From Octopus vulgaris (lineage: Eukaryota), in contig OX597823.1 of the NCBI GenBank assembly GCA_951406725.2, forward strand, positions 28,210,001 through 28,274,000: a stretch of 64,000 nucleotides of DNA, given 5' to 3'. Of the stretch, positions 27,160 to 39,208 are shown piece after piece. The number at the start of each line of letters is the position of its first letter. Positions within the stretch are counted from its first letter, which is position 1. The notes below the pieces were generated by a model, which was not told where the DNA came from, ran no database searches, and saw only the letters and a program-made list of their open reading frames with translations. The translations under genes and the position numbers were made by a program.

Positions 27160-27830
27160 CTGGTGTCGTGGAAACTGATGCCCTTGCCTAAAAAAGGAAT
27201 CCTGGGGGTTCTTCTATTTGCGGTATTTTGCTGTATGTGATTCTGTCCCCCGTTGACATGTCTGTTGAAGAGGTTTTGGTTGTTGTGATTCTGTCCCCCG
27301 TTGCTATGTTGTCTGTTGAGGAGGTTTTGGTTGTTCCAGGGTCTGGGTTGTTGGTGTGGCCTCCTGGAAGAGTTTTGGTTATTCCAGGGTTTGGGTTGTT
27401 TGTCCTGGGTGTAATGTTGGTTCCTTAGAGTGGGTTGGAAACTATATTCATGGTTTAGGAGTGAATTCCTATATGTTGGGGGAGAACTCTGAGTTAGGAG
27501 CGGTTTGGGTTGGAATCTACAATCATAGTTCAGAGATGGGTTTCTAAGTGATGGGTAGGATCTCCGAATCTGGAACGGTTCTTGTGTGGGTTGGGGTCTA
27601 CGTTGTCTGGTAAAGTTTTGTCGTGTGATGATGGGTGTCTCGGTTCTTTTGATGGGATTGTAGTGCTGTCTGTAAGTTCTGTTGTTGTTGTTGTCGATGT
27701 TAGGGGTGGTGTGTGTTCGGTGTTTTGTGGTTGGTTTTCTTTGTTTTTGGCGAGGGGTGTGAGTTGAAGTAGATATTTTAAAATATGGGTTGCTTGAAAG
27801 GTGTTCCTTTGTGAACTCTGTTTCATAATT
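27153..27830 (-). CDS. 5'-truncated upstream ORF (ORF1-like; N/Q/R/P/T-rich), overlapping the RT ORF
   Basis: Manual translation: 225 sense codons with no stop from the pLTR junction (NYETEFTKEHLSSNPYF...) to ...RRTPRIPFLGKGISFHDTRW*; no start codon, so absent from the ORF track. Confidence 0.75.
   Translation of the reverse strand, partial: NYETEFTKEHLSSNPYFKISTSTHTPRQKQRKPTTKHRTHTTPNIDNNNNRTYRQHYNPIKRTETPIITRQNFTRQRRPQPTQEPFQIRRSYPSLRNPSLNYDCRFQPKPLLTQSSPPTYRNSLLNHEYSFQPTLRNQHYTQDKQPKPWNNQNSSRRPHQQPRPWNNQNLLNRQHSNGGQNHNNQNLFNRHVNGGQNHIQQNTANRRTPRIPFLGKGISFHDTRW
27189..27195 (-). promoter_or_regulatory. Candidate -1 ribosomal frameshift slippery heptamer U UUU UUA
   Basis: Minus strand ccT TTT TTA ggc is in the ORF1 frame; the -1 frame is open into the RT ORF (FFRQGHQFPRHQMVDTN). 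Confidence 0.6.
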
Positions 27831-28521
27831 GGGGGTGGTGAATTTTTTATATATATATATGTGTGTGTATGTGTGTGAAAAAATATATGTATGTGCATGT
27901 ATGTATGTATGTATGTGTGTATATATATATATATATATGTGTATATATATGTGTGTGTGTGTATGTGTGTGTGTGTATATTTATTTGCATGTTTATGTGT
28001 GTATAAACATGTACATTATTTGCATGCGCATTGTGTATATGTATATTGTATGTATGTGTATTGTATATGTACGTGTACAATTAAGTGTATATATTTGTGT
28101 GTATGTGTGCACTGTATATATGTATATTGTAGGTGTGCTATATGTGCATGAATACATGTATATGCATTGCGTGTATATATATGTATGCATTGTGTGTGTA
28201 TGTATGTTATGTGTGTGTGTGTGTATATATATATTATATGTATGCGTACGTGTATGTGTATGCATTGTATGTATGTGTGTTGTGTGTATATGTGGTACAT
28301 CTATGTATGTGTATGTAAACACTATTTATATGTATATGTGTATATATGTATATGCATTGTCTATATATATATATATTATATGTATGTATTGCGTATGTAT
28401 ATTGCATGCATATATTGTGTATGTATATTACTTACATGCTGTATGTGTGTATTGTATGTGTGTATATATATGCTAGGTGTATTTGTGTGATATTTATATT
28501 ATGTATGTATGTGTGCGTGTG

Positions 28522-28556
<35 letters not shown>

Positions 28557-29385
28557 GTGTGTATGTGTGTTATATATCTGTGTATGTTATATATAGATAC
28601 ATGTTATATTTGTGTGCTGTGTGTATATGTGATATATGTGGGTGCGTTGTGTGTGGGTGTGTGTGTTCTGTGTGTGTTCTGTGTGTGTGTGTGTTGTTTG
28701 TATGTGGTGTGTGTTTGTATACTATGTGTGTGTGTGTGTGTGTTGTTGTGTGTGTGTGTGTTTGTGTGTATATATATGTGTGTGACAAACAGACGCTGTC
28801 TGACCAGCAGGCACGGACACATCTATTCACACCCGCATACTAACCTCCTGATAACCCCAAAATCATTCATGCATAAAGGGGAAGTATACACCACATTGGC
28901 TACTTCTTCTGTTCTCTCAGTTCAGCCTTTCTGCTAATACTGACAGGTCAGTAAAAACATACTTAAAATATTCTGAGATGTACAAAAAATCCATTTTAAT
29001 TTTTGCTGTCAAAACGCTGTATATATATACCAAAGATTGTATATATATACATGTAATGTGACAATTTGCGACAACCAATAATTAACGCAACCAATTCCCA
29101 ATAATATATTTGTTTTATCCTTTTCTGCCAAATTTTCCCAAATAATGTGACAATTATGTATAAAAAAACATTTTTGAATTCATAATATCCAATGTGACAA
29201 TTATGTAAAAAACTTTTTTGAATGCATAATATTCAATGTGACAATTATGTAAAAAAACTTTTTTTGAACCCATATTATTCAATGTTTCCTTAAATGTAAC
29301 TTTTGACAATCTTTTACCAAAGATGAAACCGGTTAAGTAAATAAACATCGTTTAAATTGCATTTTCAAACCTTTTTTCTTATATA
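27831..29385 (+). repeat. Right pseudo-LTR arm (inverted), followed by a unique 35-nt tail at 29386-29420
   Basis: Reverse complement of 22711-24348; tail atcccactcgtgcgataccccacaactcaactttt is absent from the left arm. Confidence 0.95.
29299..29338 (+). ncRNA. Minimal hammerhead ribozyme motif, U3-A8 core variant
   Basis: ACTT-TTGACAA-tcttt-tacc-aaaga-t-GAA-ACCGGT-T-AAGT; stem I ACTT/AAGT, palindromic stem III. Confidence 0.62.
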
Positions 29386-29416
29386 ATCCCACTCGTGCGA
29401 TACCCCACAACTCAAC

Positions 29417-29457
<41 letters not shown>

Positions 29458-29459
<2 letters not shown>

Positions 29460-29846
29460 TGAAGTGTATTTGCCACCAAAATGTGGCTGACCCATATGGG
29501 ACGATGCTACTGTTGTTTATAGGTCCAGGAAGAAATCTGCTCCAGCTGGTTAATGACACACTGTCTGTGCATTATCAGTATTTTCAAAGGGAAATCATCG
29601 TTCCCATCTCTGGCCTGGCTTGATACACACGGATCCGGGTTTCTGAGTAGTAACCGGTCATCAGCGGGTGACAATCACCTGCCAGGTATGAGAAGTGATA
29701 TTTCCAATGCAAATATGTATGCTTTGTCCAGTGACAAAAAGTCGCTGATCTCGAAAAAAGGAGAAGCAAGCAATAATAAATCTCTGAGCGAGATATAAAC
29801 AGTAGTAGCACGACATCGTGAAGTGCATTTGCCAACTAAATGTCTT
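29458..29846 (-). mobile_element. ~360-nt hammerhead-containing monomer with terminal redundancy (retrozyme/PLE-like)
   Basis: cgtgaagtg(t/c)atttgcca repeated at 29458 and 29818; homologous to 63185-63492; inverted fragment follows at about 29848-29901. Confidence 0.8.
29626..29670 (-). ncRNA. Type I hammerhead ribozyme motif, canonical core
   Basis: Minus strand: cacccg-CTGATGA-ccggt-tact-actca-GAAA-cccgga-TC-cgtgtg. Confidence 0.75.
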
Positions 29847-29909
29847 CATGGGGCTATAAAGTACACGACCATCATTCCATATGGTTCAGCGACATTTAGG
29901 TCGTACAGC

Positions 29910-30535
<626 letters not shown>

Positions 30536-30565
30536 TAAACGTCTGTGTGTGTGCGTGTAAATTTA

Positions 30566-30620
<55 letters not shown>

Positions 30621-31477
30621 CGTAAGTGAAGTTAAAAGAAGTGCATGAGAAAAGAATCTCATTGAGAAGTTCAAATCAGTTCTGAATGGACAATAAAACT
30701 AACTTGGATTTTATTCGACTTAAAAACATTAATTTCACTCAGAAACTGTTTCTAGATCATCTCCTTTCCTTTCATGTGAAAATTCTGCTCTGCAGGAATT
30801 TAACTGACGAATAAGTAAAGATATATTCATTCAAAATTTCATGACTCTACAATTGTTTCGTTAGCTACTCATAATTTTGATTTGTATTTCTATTGCAACC
30901 AATGCTTTAAGTCTTATGAGTACGTATATACATCACAACCTCCTTTCATGGAATTCTAATTTATTGCATGCAGTTTTATTAGATATTTAATACGAAACGA
31001 TGTATATAAACTTACGTGGAAGCAGAAAGCATCTCAATAAGATATTGCTAAAACATGATTTACTTTCAGCAGCATCAGCAGAAGCAGCAGCAGCTGTAAT
31101 GAAACAAATTTATCCTTTCTACTATGGGCACAAGTCCCGAAAGTTTGGTAGGAGCGGACTAGTGGGTCCCACCGAATCCCATGTTTAACTGGTACTTGTT
31201 TAATCAACCACGAATTCGAACTCAGAATGTAAAGCCGACCGAAGTGCCGCTAAGCGTTTCGGTCGGCGTTCATTGAAACAAATTTATCGTAAGATATTCT
31301 AACTTTTTGATGTAGACAAAGGAAACAACACCATGAAGTGACGGAAGAGAGTGAAGATTCGAGACGTTGCTTGCGGCATTTTTTGCATGTTGAAGTCTTT
31401 AGAGAGGGAGTCCTCTTATATGAAAGTATGAAAGTATCATTAAAAAATAATCTACTTACAAAATTAAGCATTATAAA

Positions 31478-31489
31478 ATAATAATAATG

Positions 31490-31563
<74 letters not shown>

Positions 31564-31664
31564 TAGAAGAAGAAGAAGAAGAAAAAAGAAGAAGAAGAAG
31601 AAGAAGAAGAAGAAGAAGAAGAAGAAGAAGAAGAAGAAGAAGAAGAAGAAGAAGAAGAAGAAGA
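31478..31664. repeat. (TAA)n-(GAA)n compound microsatellite
   Basis: Directly visible; same junction as 40820-41031. Confidence 0.97.
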
Positions 31665-33280
31665 ATACGACCGTAAGCCCGAACGCATCATCGAAAACGA
31701 TTATGCAAAGATCCTGTGGGATTTTATTATTCAGTGCGACCATGAGATAGAGAATAGGAAGCCAGACATAGTCTTAATTGAGAAAGAAAACAAACGATGC
31801 TGGATCATAGATATAGCATGAAAGCACCCGTGCTAAAACTGCTGCCTTAGATATTCTGACTAATAAATGGCAAGGAAAACCTCTCAATGGCAAATACCCA
31901 AATAGAGCGAATAATACCGATGTTGACAAATACCTTACCCATCAATGGCTAATAGCTTCTGGCTTAAAATCTAAAACAGAAGAGTTTATCAAAGCAGCCC
32001 AAGATCAATGCCTCCCTACAAGGAACTACCAGGCCAACATTTTAAAGAACAGCAGCTTCCCAACATGTCGTGTATGTCAACAACAAAATGAAACCATTGA
32101 TCATGTTGTCTCCATGTGCAGTGTTCTTGTGCCTACAGAGTATGTCAACAGGCATGATAGAGCTGCACAATATGTTCACAGAATAATTTGCAAAATCCTG
32201 GACTTGCCCCATGATAAAAACTGGTGGGAAAACAAACCACCCCCAGCGCTTGAAAATGATCTCATCTCGCTTTTCTGGAACTTCACCATTCAAACTGACA
32301 GAAAGATAGATGCAAATAAACCAGACATCATATTGAAACACTTCAGACAAAGAACATGCCTCCTCATTGATATGATTGTCCCAATCGATATGAAAGTATC
32401 TGTCAAGACCTACCAAAAACTGAGCAAGTATAAAGATATTGAAATAGAAATTGGCAAAATGTAGAACCTGAAGATAAAGACAATACCTGTTGTCATAGAT
32501 GCCCTAGGAATGAAAGCAAAATGGGCTGATTGCTACCTATCTCAGATACCAGGAAACCCCAAAATGGCAGAAATTCAAAAGATAGTGCTCATTGAACTGC
32601 CCATATCCTACGTAAAATATTGTCTATGTAATCTCAAATTTTAAAACAAACACATAATTTTCTTATGGTTTCTTAAACATTCTGTAGAACAACACTATGT
32701 AAAAAGCTAAATATATGGCATCCTAGGCATAACACCAACATGAACTTCCATCTTATTGTCTCTTGAGGTCTCTGGGTGAGACTTGGAGCCAACTTGTACA
32801 AATGCAAAGCAAAAGTCAAACACAACATAATAATAATAGAACAATGCAACATTAAAACTGACAATAGGTGGTACAAACATAAGCGAAACAAGGTACAAGA
32901 CAATGAGCAAGGCATCACCATCTGGGATATGCCGGTTCAAACCGACGAAGAAATATAAGCTAGTCTGTCAGATATACTAATCAAGGATTGTGAAAAGAAA
33001 AAAACACACCTGCTTACTGGCAGTCATTACAGCCCCTTCTGATCAAAATATTATCCTAAAAGAAGTGGAGAAATGATCATAAAAGCCTTGAAATTGAAGT
33101 ATTTATGATGTGGGGCATGGAGGTGGAGAGAGTACTAATAATGATTGGAACTCAGCGCATGATAAAAACCATTTGAACAAAAACGTAGAAGCTATACCTG
33201 GATCTTCAACACTACACACCATCCAAAAAATAGCCCTGCTAGGAACAGCCTACACCCTACGCAAGCCACTATCAATTAAA
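31663..33280 (+). mobile_element. Chain of three 5'-truncated RLE-type (Dong/R4-like) LINE fragments
   Basis: 31663-31820 ILWDF..RKPDIVL..IIDIA; 31821-32826 AAQDQ, CRVC..ETIDHVVSMC, RHD, KPDI, KLSKY plus 3'UTR ending in (TAA); 32839-33280 TIWDM..IQKIALLGTA. Confidence 0.88.
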
Positions 33281-33695
33281 CATAAACACAACATTAATAC
33301 AACATAAACAAAACCAACAATCACAAGACACACTCTATACAACAATTATCCAGTGAAATAAACTTCTACCAGCAAGCTAGTTAACCAAAGTATTATACTT
33401 TCAACACACAGTACAAGCAGTACTACAACAAAAGTAGTACTGCACCACACCATAAAAGAAAACAAAAACTGACGCAATTAAATACTGGGAAGAATTTGTA
33501 CACACTCAACAACAGAGAATAATACAAAATGCTACACACGCCCAAGCAACACGGATGTGTAGCACGGGATGCTGTAGAAATGTGCTTGAAACTACCAAAC
33601 GTTTATCAATTATAAAATGATAGAAATATTTTACTGAATAGAAACGAAGGTATTTTTTCCATCCAAGTATTTGAAGAAGGTAATTCAATTATATA

Positions 33696-33756
<61 letters not shown>

Positions 33757-34042
33757 ATATATATATTGAGATATATATGTATGCATGTATGTATGTATGT
33801 ATATGTGTGTGTGTGTGGGGGGGGGTGTATACACACACACACACAAACACAAACACATAATATAATATACTAAATATACTAAAGTGAAGGGACACTAGAA
33901 AATATGGAAAGTGTTATATGTAAAATAATATACAAATTTTTCTTTTTAATATTCCAGACACACACACACACATATACACACCCATCTATATATTATACAC
34001 ACATATATATTGCATATACGTACACACACACACACACATATA

Positions 34043-34088
<46 letters not shown>

Positions 34089-34541
34089 GCATAACGTGTA
34101 TATATACAGGTATATAAACAATTATATATTGTACGTATTATTGTACGAGGAGTATATAAAGGCGAACACACCCACATGCGGTAAGAAATACGTATCCACA
34201 GAATATGCAAAGCACTTAAGCGAATACTTGACAATGAAATCACATATGACAGTTCATCAATATGTTTCATTCATACGAAGTTTCTAGAAGAAAGAGAAGA
34301 TGAAAACAAACACTCGGCTTGTCTTACTAAGTTTGACCAATTATTTCCTAAAAACAAACAGATATCACTTTTAGTCTTTTGCCTCGCTTCAAGACTTTAT
34401 GTGCGTGCGTGTTTGTTTGCTTGTGTGTGTGTGTGTGTGTGTATGTATATGAGAGTGTATATATTATGTGTGCAGACATTCATGAATATACACTTACAGA
34501 TATTTGTTGGTGTCTGTATTCAATACACACACACATATATC

Positions 34542-34573
<32 letters not shown>

Positions 34574-35149
34574 ATATATATGTATATATATATATATATA
34601 TATATCTATATATATCTATATATATATATATATAAATATGTATATATATACATACACGCAGGCACACATGTTTATAGGTGCATGTATTCAATATATATAT
34701 ATATACGTACACACAAACACGCACACACACGCACAAACATACAAACACACAGAGACACAGACACACAAACACATGCACACACACACACACACACATGCAC
34801 ACAGAACTCACAAGCACACTCACACATACACACACATACATATACCTATGCGAATCGATTGTCGAATGTAGTGACATACGTCTAATTGGAAATATTTCAA
34901 AGAGTAACTTGACGGTAACAATAAACATTTTATCATCATTTACTTCCTCCTTTCGGGCCTGCATGCCATGTACGGTTATCGATTTAAGAAAATAAGAGGC
35001 TTGTCTTCTTCAGTTACTCTACTTATTTCGAGACTGATGTGATCTTTGAACTTTGCCATCCACAGAACCTCTGTACTGTTGCGTTCATACAGTTCTTCCA
35101 GAGGTTTGTAGGCCTTTCCCTAGTAACCTTTAATGGTTAATTGTTTGAC

Positions 35150-35900
35150 TTAGCTTGTCTGTCTGTCCTTGTTGGCGTAAGGAAGCGGGTGAATGAATCG
35201 GTGATTGACAGCGTTGATATTTGAGTGAAGACATGAATAAATGGTTGAATGAATAACTGACTCAGACACTGAGTGACAGAATATGTGTGTCGCTTCCTGG
35301 TAGAGTGAGTATAGAGCGAGCATGTGAATGGGTGAGGTGTGAATAAGTTTATGACTAATAGAGTAAATGAGTGACTCTCTGTGTGTGTATGTGTGTGTGT
35401 GTGTGTGTGTGTTTGTGAGTGTGTGTGTGTGTGGGTGGGGTGGGGTGAATGAGTGAATGATTGACCGGATGAGTGCATGATTTAAGGAATTGGTAAATGT
35501 TAATGATTGAATGAGTGAGCCTAGCAGCAGGTAACTGAATGAGTGAGACACAGACTGAGTGAAAGAGCATTTAGTGAGTCAGTGAGTTAACGTTCGAGTG
35601 AGATGATGAACGAATGAATAAGCGAATAATAAGTCAATTGAGTGAGTGAGCGAATGAAAGAATAAGTGTAGGACAATGAGAATGAGCTTTGAGGGAAAGT
35701 ATAAATAACTAATGAAGTCGGTGATTAAAAAAAATGACTGAATGAGTCAGTGAAAGATACTGATTGTTTTGTTGAATCTGTGAATATCTGTCAGAGAGTT
35801 TGTGACTGAGTATTCATGAGTGGATGATGATTGAGTAAGTGACTTATTGAAGTCAAGAGTCTGTGAGTGATGGATGTGTGAGTGACAGAATTAAGGCATG
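35150..35900. repeat. Degenerate (TGAG/TGAA)n low-complexity tract
   Basis: Repeated gagtga/gaatga motifs. Confidence 0.7.
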
Positions 35901-36369
35901 AGCGAAGCAGTAGATATTTGAATTTTTGTTGTTGTTGTTGTTTGGTGTTATATTTGGATTTTCGGCAATGGGAATATTGGAATAAAAGTTTGTTTGATGC
36001 AGTTAATTAAATGGTTTCATACACTAATGATCTCTCTTGCAGTGAACCAAATTCTGACATGAGCATTCATTTGGGAGTTTTATTAGAAGATCGATCAGGC
36101 GTTGGTGCGTACATGCGCTTTAGTGTAGATTTGTGCACGAATGTCGTTTTTTGTGTGTAGCGAACGAGAATACGATCGAAATACATTCTGATTGGTTGCA
36201 TGAATGCAATGCCTTTCATAGTAGACTTTACTGACCTGTAGGTTATTTTTTTGTTCTTTCATGCATTGTTTTCTCGGGTTAGATCCTTTTTGAAATTAGC
36301 GGATTCTGTAATAATTTACTTCAGTAATGTAAAGCGGATTATAACCGCTTCCTTTTGTTTCCAGTATAT

Positions 36370-37168
36370 CTTTTTCTACTCTAGGCACAGGGACCGAACT
36401 TTTGGGGAAAGGGGACCAGTCGATTAGATCGACCTCAGTACGCAACTGGTACTTAATTTATCGACCTCGAAAGGATGAACGTAAAAAGAGACGAAATACC
36501 GCTAAGCATTTCGCTCGGCGTGCTAACGTTTCTGCCAGTTTGCCGCCTTCTGTTTCCAATACATCCTTTTCTGCTCGAGGCATAGGGTCTGAAATTTTGG
36601 GGGAGGGTGCTAGTCCATTAGATCGTTTCCATTACGCAACTGGTACTTTGTTTATCGACCCCGAAAGGATAAAAGGCAAAGTCGACCTCGGCGGAATTTG
36701 AACTCAGAAAGTATACAGACGAAATACCGCTAAATATTTCGCCCAGCGTTGTAACGTTTCTTATTTCTTTATTGCCCACATGGAGGGGACAAACAAGAAC
36801 AGCGAAAAAGATTAAGTCGATTACATCGACCGCAGTGCGTAACTGGTACTTATTTAATCGACCCCGAAATGATGAAAGACAAAGTCGACATCGGCGGAAT
36901 TTGAACTCAGAACGTAAACACAGAAGAATTACCTATTTCTTAAACTACCCACAAGGAGCTAAACACAGAGAGGACAAACAAGGACAGTCAAACGGATTAA
37001 GTCGATTACATCGACCCCAGTGCGTAACTGGTACTTATTTAATCGACCCCGAAAGGATGAAACGCAAAGTCGACCTCGGCGGAATTTGAACTCAGAACGT
37101 AGTGGCAGGCGAAACACCGCTAAGCATTTCGCCCAGTGTGCTAACGTTTCTGCCAGCTCACCGCCTTC
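36370..37168 (-). mobile_element. Tandem tetramer of SINE family B
   Basis: Four reverse-complement copies of the actggtact..tatcgacc..gaaaggat core. Confidence 0.85.
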
Positions 37169-37592
37169 TCTTCCCTATATATCGTTTTGTTAGTTCAGTT
37201 TGTATATGTTTTCCTATGTATCGATAAATGTTATATTTTCATAATCTTTCCTTCATAATAACCTGCTTTGACTTGGTCTCCTCTCTATCAGACTGTTGCA
37301 CGGAAACTCTAAAAAAAAAAAAAAAAAACATTTATGCGTACAGAATAAAAGAATTTGCGAAGGAAATGTGTGTAATCTTCTCTTATATGCTTCTCTGTCG
37401 ATTTACAGCATTCTTCTACATGTTTTGTCTATAATGGTAATTCATGTCTTATCTAAAACGACCAGATCTGATTTTCGTAGGTTCTAGTGTTAATTCATCC
37501 CCTCAGAACCTTGCGTAAATTCTTTAATACAGTACACATAAGCTTATTTTTCTTCCTGTATTATTTTATATCTGTTATTTCCCTCATAAATG

Positions 37593-37687
<95 letters not shown>

Positions 37688-37743
37688 TGTGTGTGTGTAT
37701 AAATATATATATATATGTATATGTATACGAAGGTATTTGAATG

Positions 37744-37786
<43 letters not shown>

Positions 37787-37826
37787 TCTATCTATCTATG
37801 TCTGTCTATATATATATATATATATT

Positions 37827-37883
<57 letters not shown>

Positions 37884-38288
37884 CTTCTGTCTGACAATAA
37901 AGTTTGGTGCATCTGCTAACCAGTATTATTAGCCGGACCTCTGTTCTGGTTTTTCGGCCATTAATAGAGTTAGCAATATCTTAACTGTTCCAGTATCTAA
38001 AATCTTGCGATTTCTCTTGGCAAGCTGGTAAACTAACAAAACGATACCATGAACATCGAAAATCATCATAATAGAATGGAGAAATAAAGATATTTTATAT
38101 TTCATAAATAATATGATAGAAGTGTTGAAACATAATAAAATATATCTGAACTCGGACGACCCGTAGTCTTATGCTGATGTTTGCATAGTAGCATTAAAAA
38201 AGGCGGCCTGTATATATTCTGAAAATAATCTACTGCAACGTTGCTTTGAGTTTAATATAATTCTTTGCAGTAACAGTTAAAATACGTA

Positions 38289-38520
38289 GCACTTCATTAT
38301 TTAAATTATTCACATTAGACGGATATATATCATCATCTTGTTTGTTGTTACCACAACGTTTCGGCTGATTTACTCTCCAGCTTTTATCAGGTGCCCTGGT
38401 AGAATTTTGAACCCAACAGTGGGTTCTCATTCCTAACAACAAGCAAGATGAGGATACATATCCGTCCAATGTAAATAATGTGAATAATGTATAGAATTCT
38501 TCATCTCTAAAATATAGAAC
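38289..38520. mobile_element. Miniature inverted Penelope-like element with hammerhead and 8-bp TSD
   Basis: Inverted arms 38296-38350 and 38434-38489; aatacgta at 38281-38288 and 38521-38528. Confidence 0.7.
38352..38393 (-). ncRNA. Hammerhead ribozyme motif (G8A mutated)
   Basis: Minus strand: cac-CTGATAA-aagctg-gagagtaaat-cagcc-GAA-ACGT-T-gtg. Confidence 0.65.
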
Positions 38521-39066
38521 AATACGTATCAGCTGTCATAACTGACAAGAAATTTTATTTTATCGATACCAAATAATTAGGGGTTGAATTTGATTTCGTT
38601 GATATTTGAAATTAGAATCTTAATAGAAGAGGCTAAATGCTGAAATAGTGCTGGTCTCTATCTATTTAACCACACCCCAAAAATTGACGGATAGTACAAG
38701 AATAATGACGGTGACTAAAATGTTGAGTTAAAAAGGAAGGACTCTAGATGGGTGCTTGACCTGTTGGGTAAAAAACAAAACAGGCAAATCACAAGCAAAT
38801 AGCACGTGTCTTTAGAAATAAAACATTAAAACATTACTCAGAGTAAACAGACGCAAGGTCACAGGCGTTGGAGGAAGATATAATTGATTATATAGATCTT
38901 AGTATTTGATATTAATTATGGTATCGACATGAGAGGAAAAGAGAGACGAAGACAACTCCGGTGGGATCCGAATGCATTACATAAACGGAGATAACTAGAT
39001 ATTGCAGGGCATTTTCTTTTGTATTTTGCCGTCAATGTCGTATACCTTCCAATAATGATGATGACA

Positions 39067-39100
<34 letters not shown>

Positions 39101-39109
39101 CAACAACAA

Positions 39110-39145
<36 letters not shown>

Positions 39146-39170
39146 CTACAACAACAATAATAATAATAAC

Positions 39171-39208
<38 letters not shown>

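Larger units (their letters stand above)
22711..29420 (-). mobile_element. Neptune-type Penelope-like retroelement with inverted pseudo-LTRs, inserted in (TA)n
   Basis: RT/GIY-YIG ORF flanked by inverted repeats 22711-24348 and 27831-29385; (TA)n at 22689-22716 and 29421-29457; hammerhead motif in each arm. Confidence 0.92.

Noticed and set aside
27530-27898. Track ORF of 122 aa as the PLE upstream ORF
   Set aside because: Starts inside the inverted pLTR and stops at 27530; a different frame stays open to the RT overlap and fits better
22711-29385. DNA transposon with long TIRs
   Set aside because: The enclosed ORF is an RT/GIY-YIG and the arms are its 3' region with hammerheads
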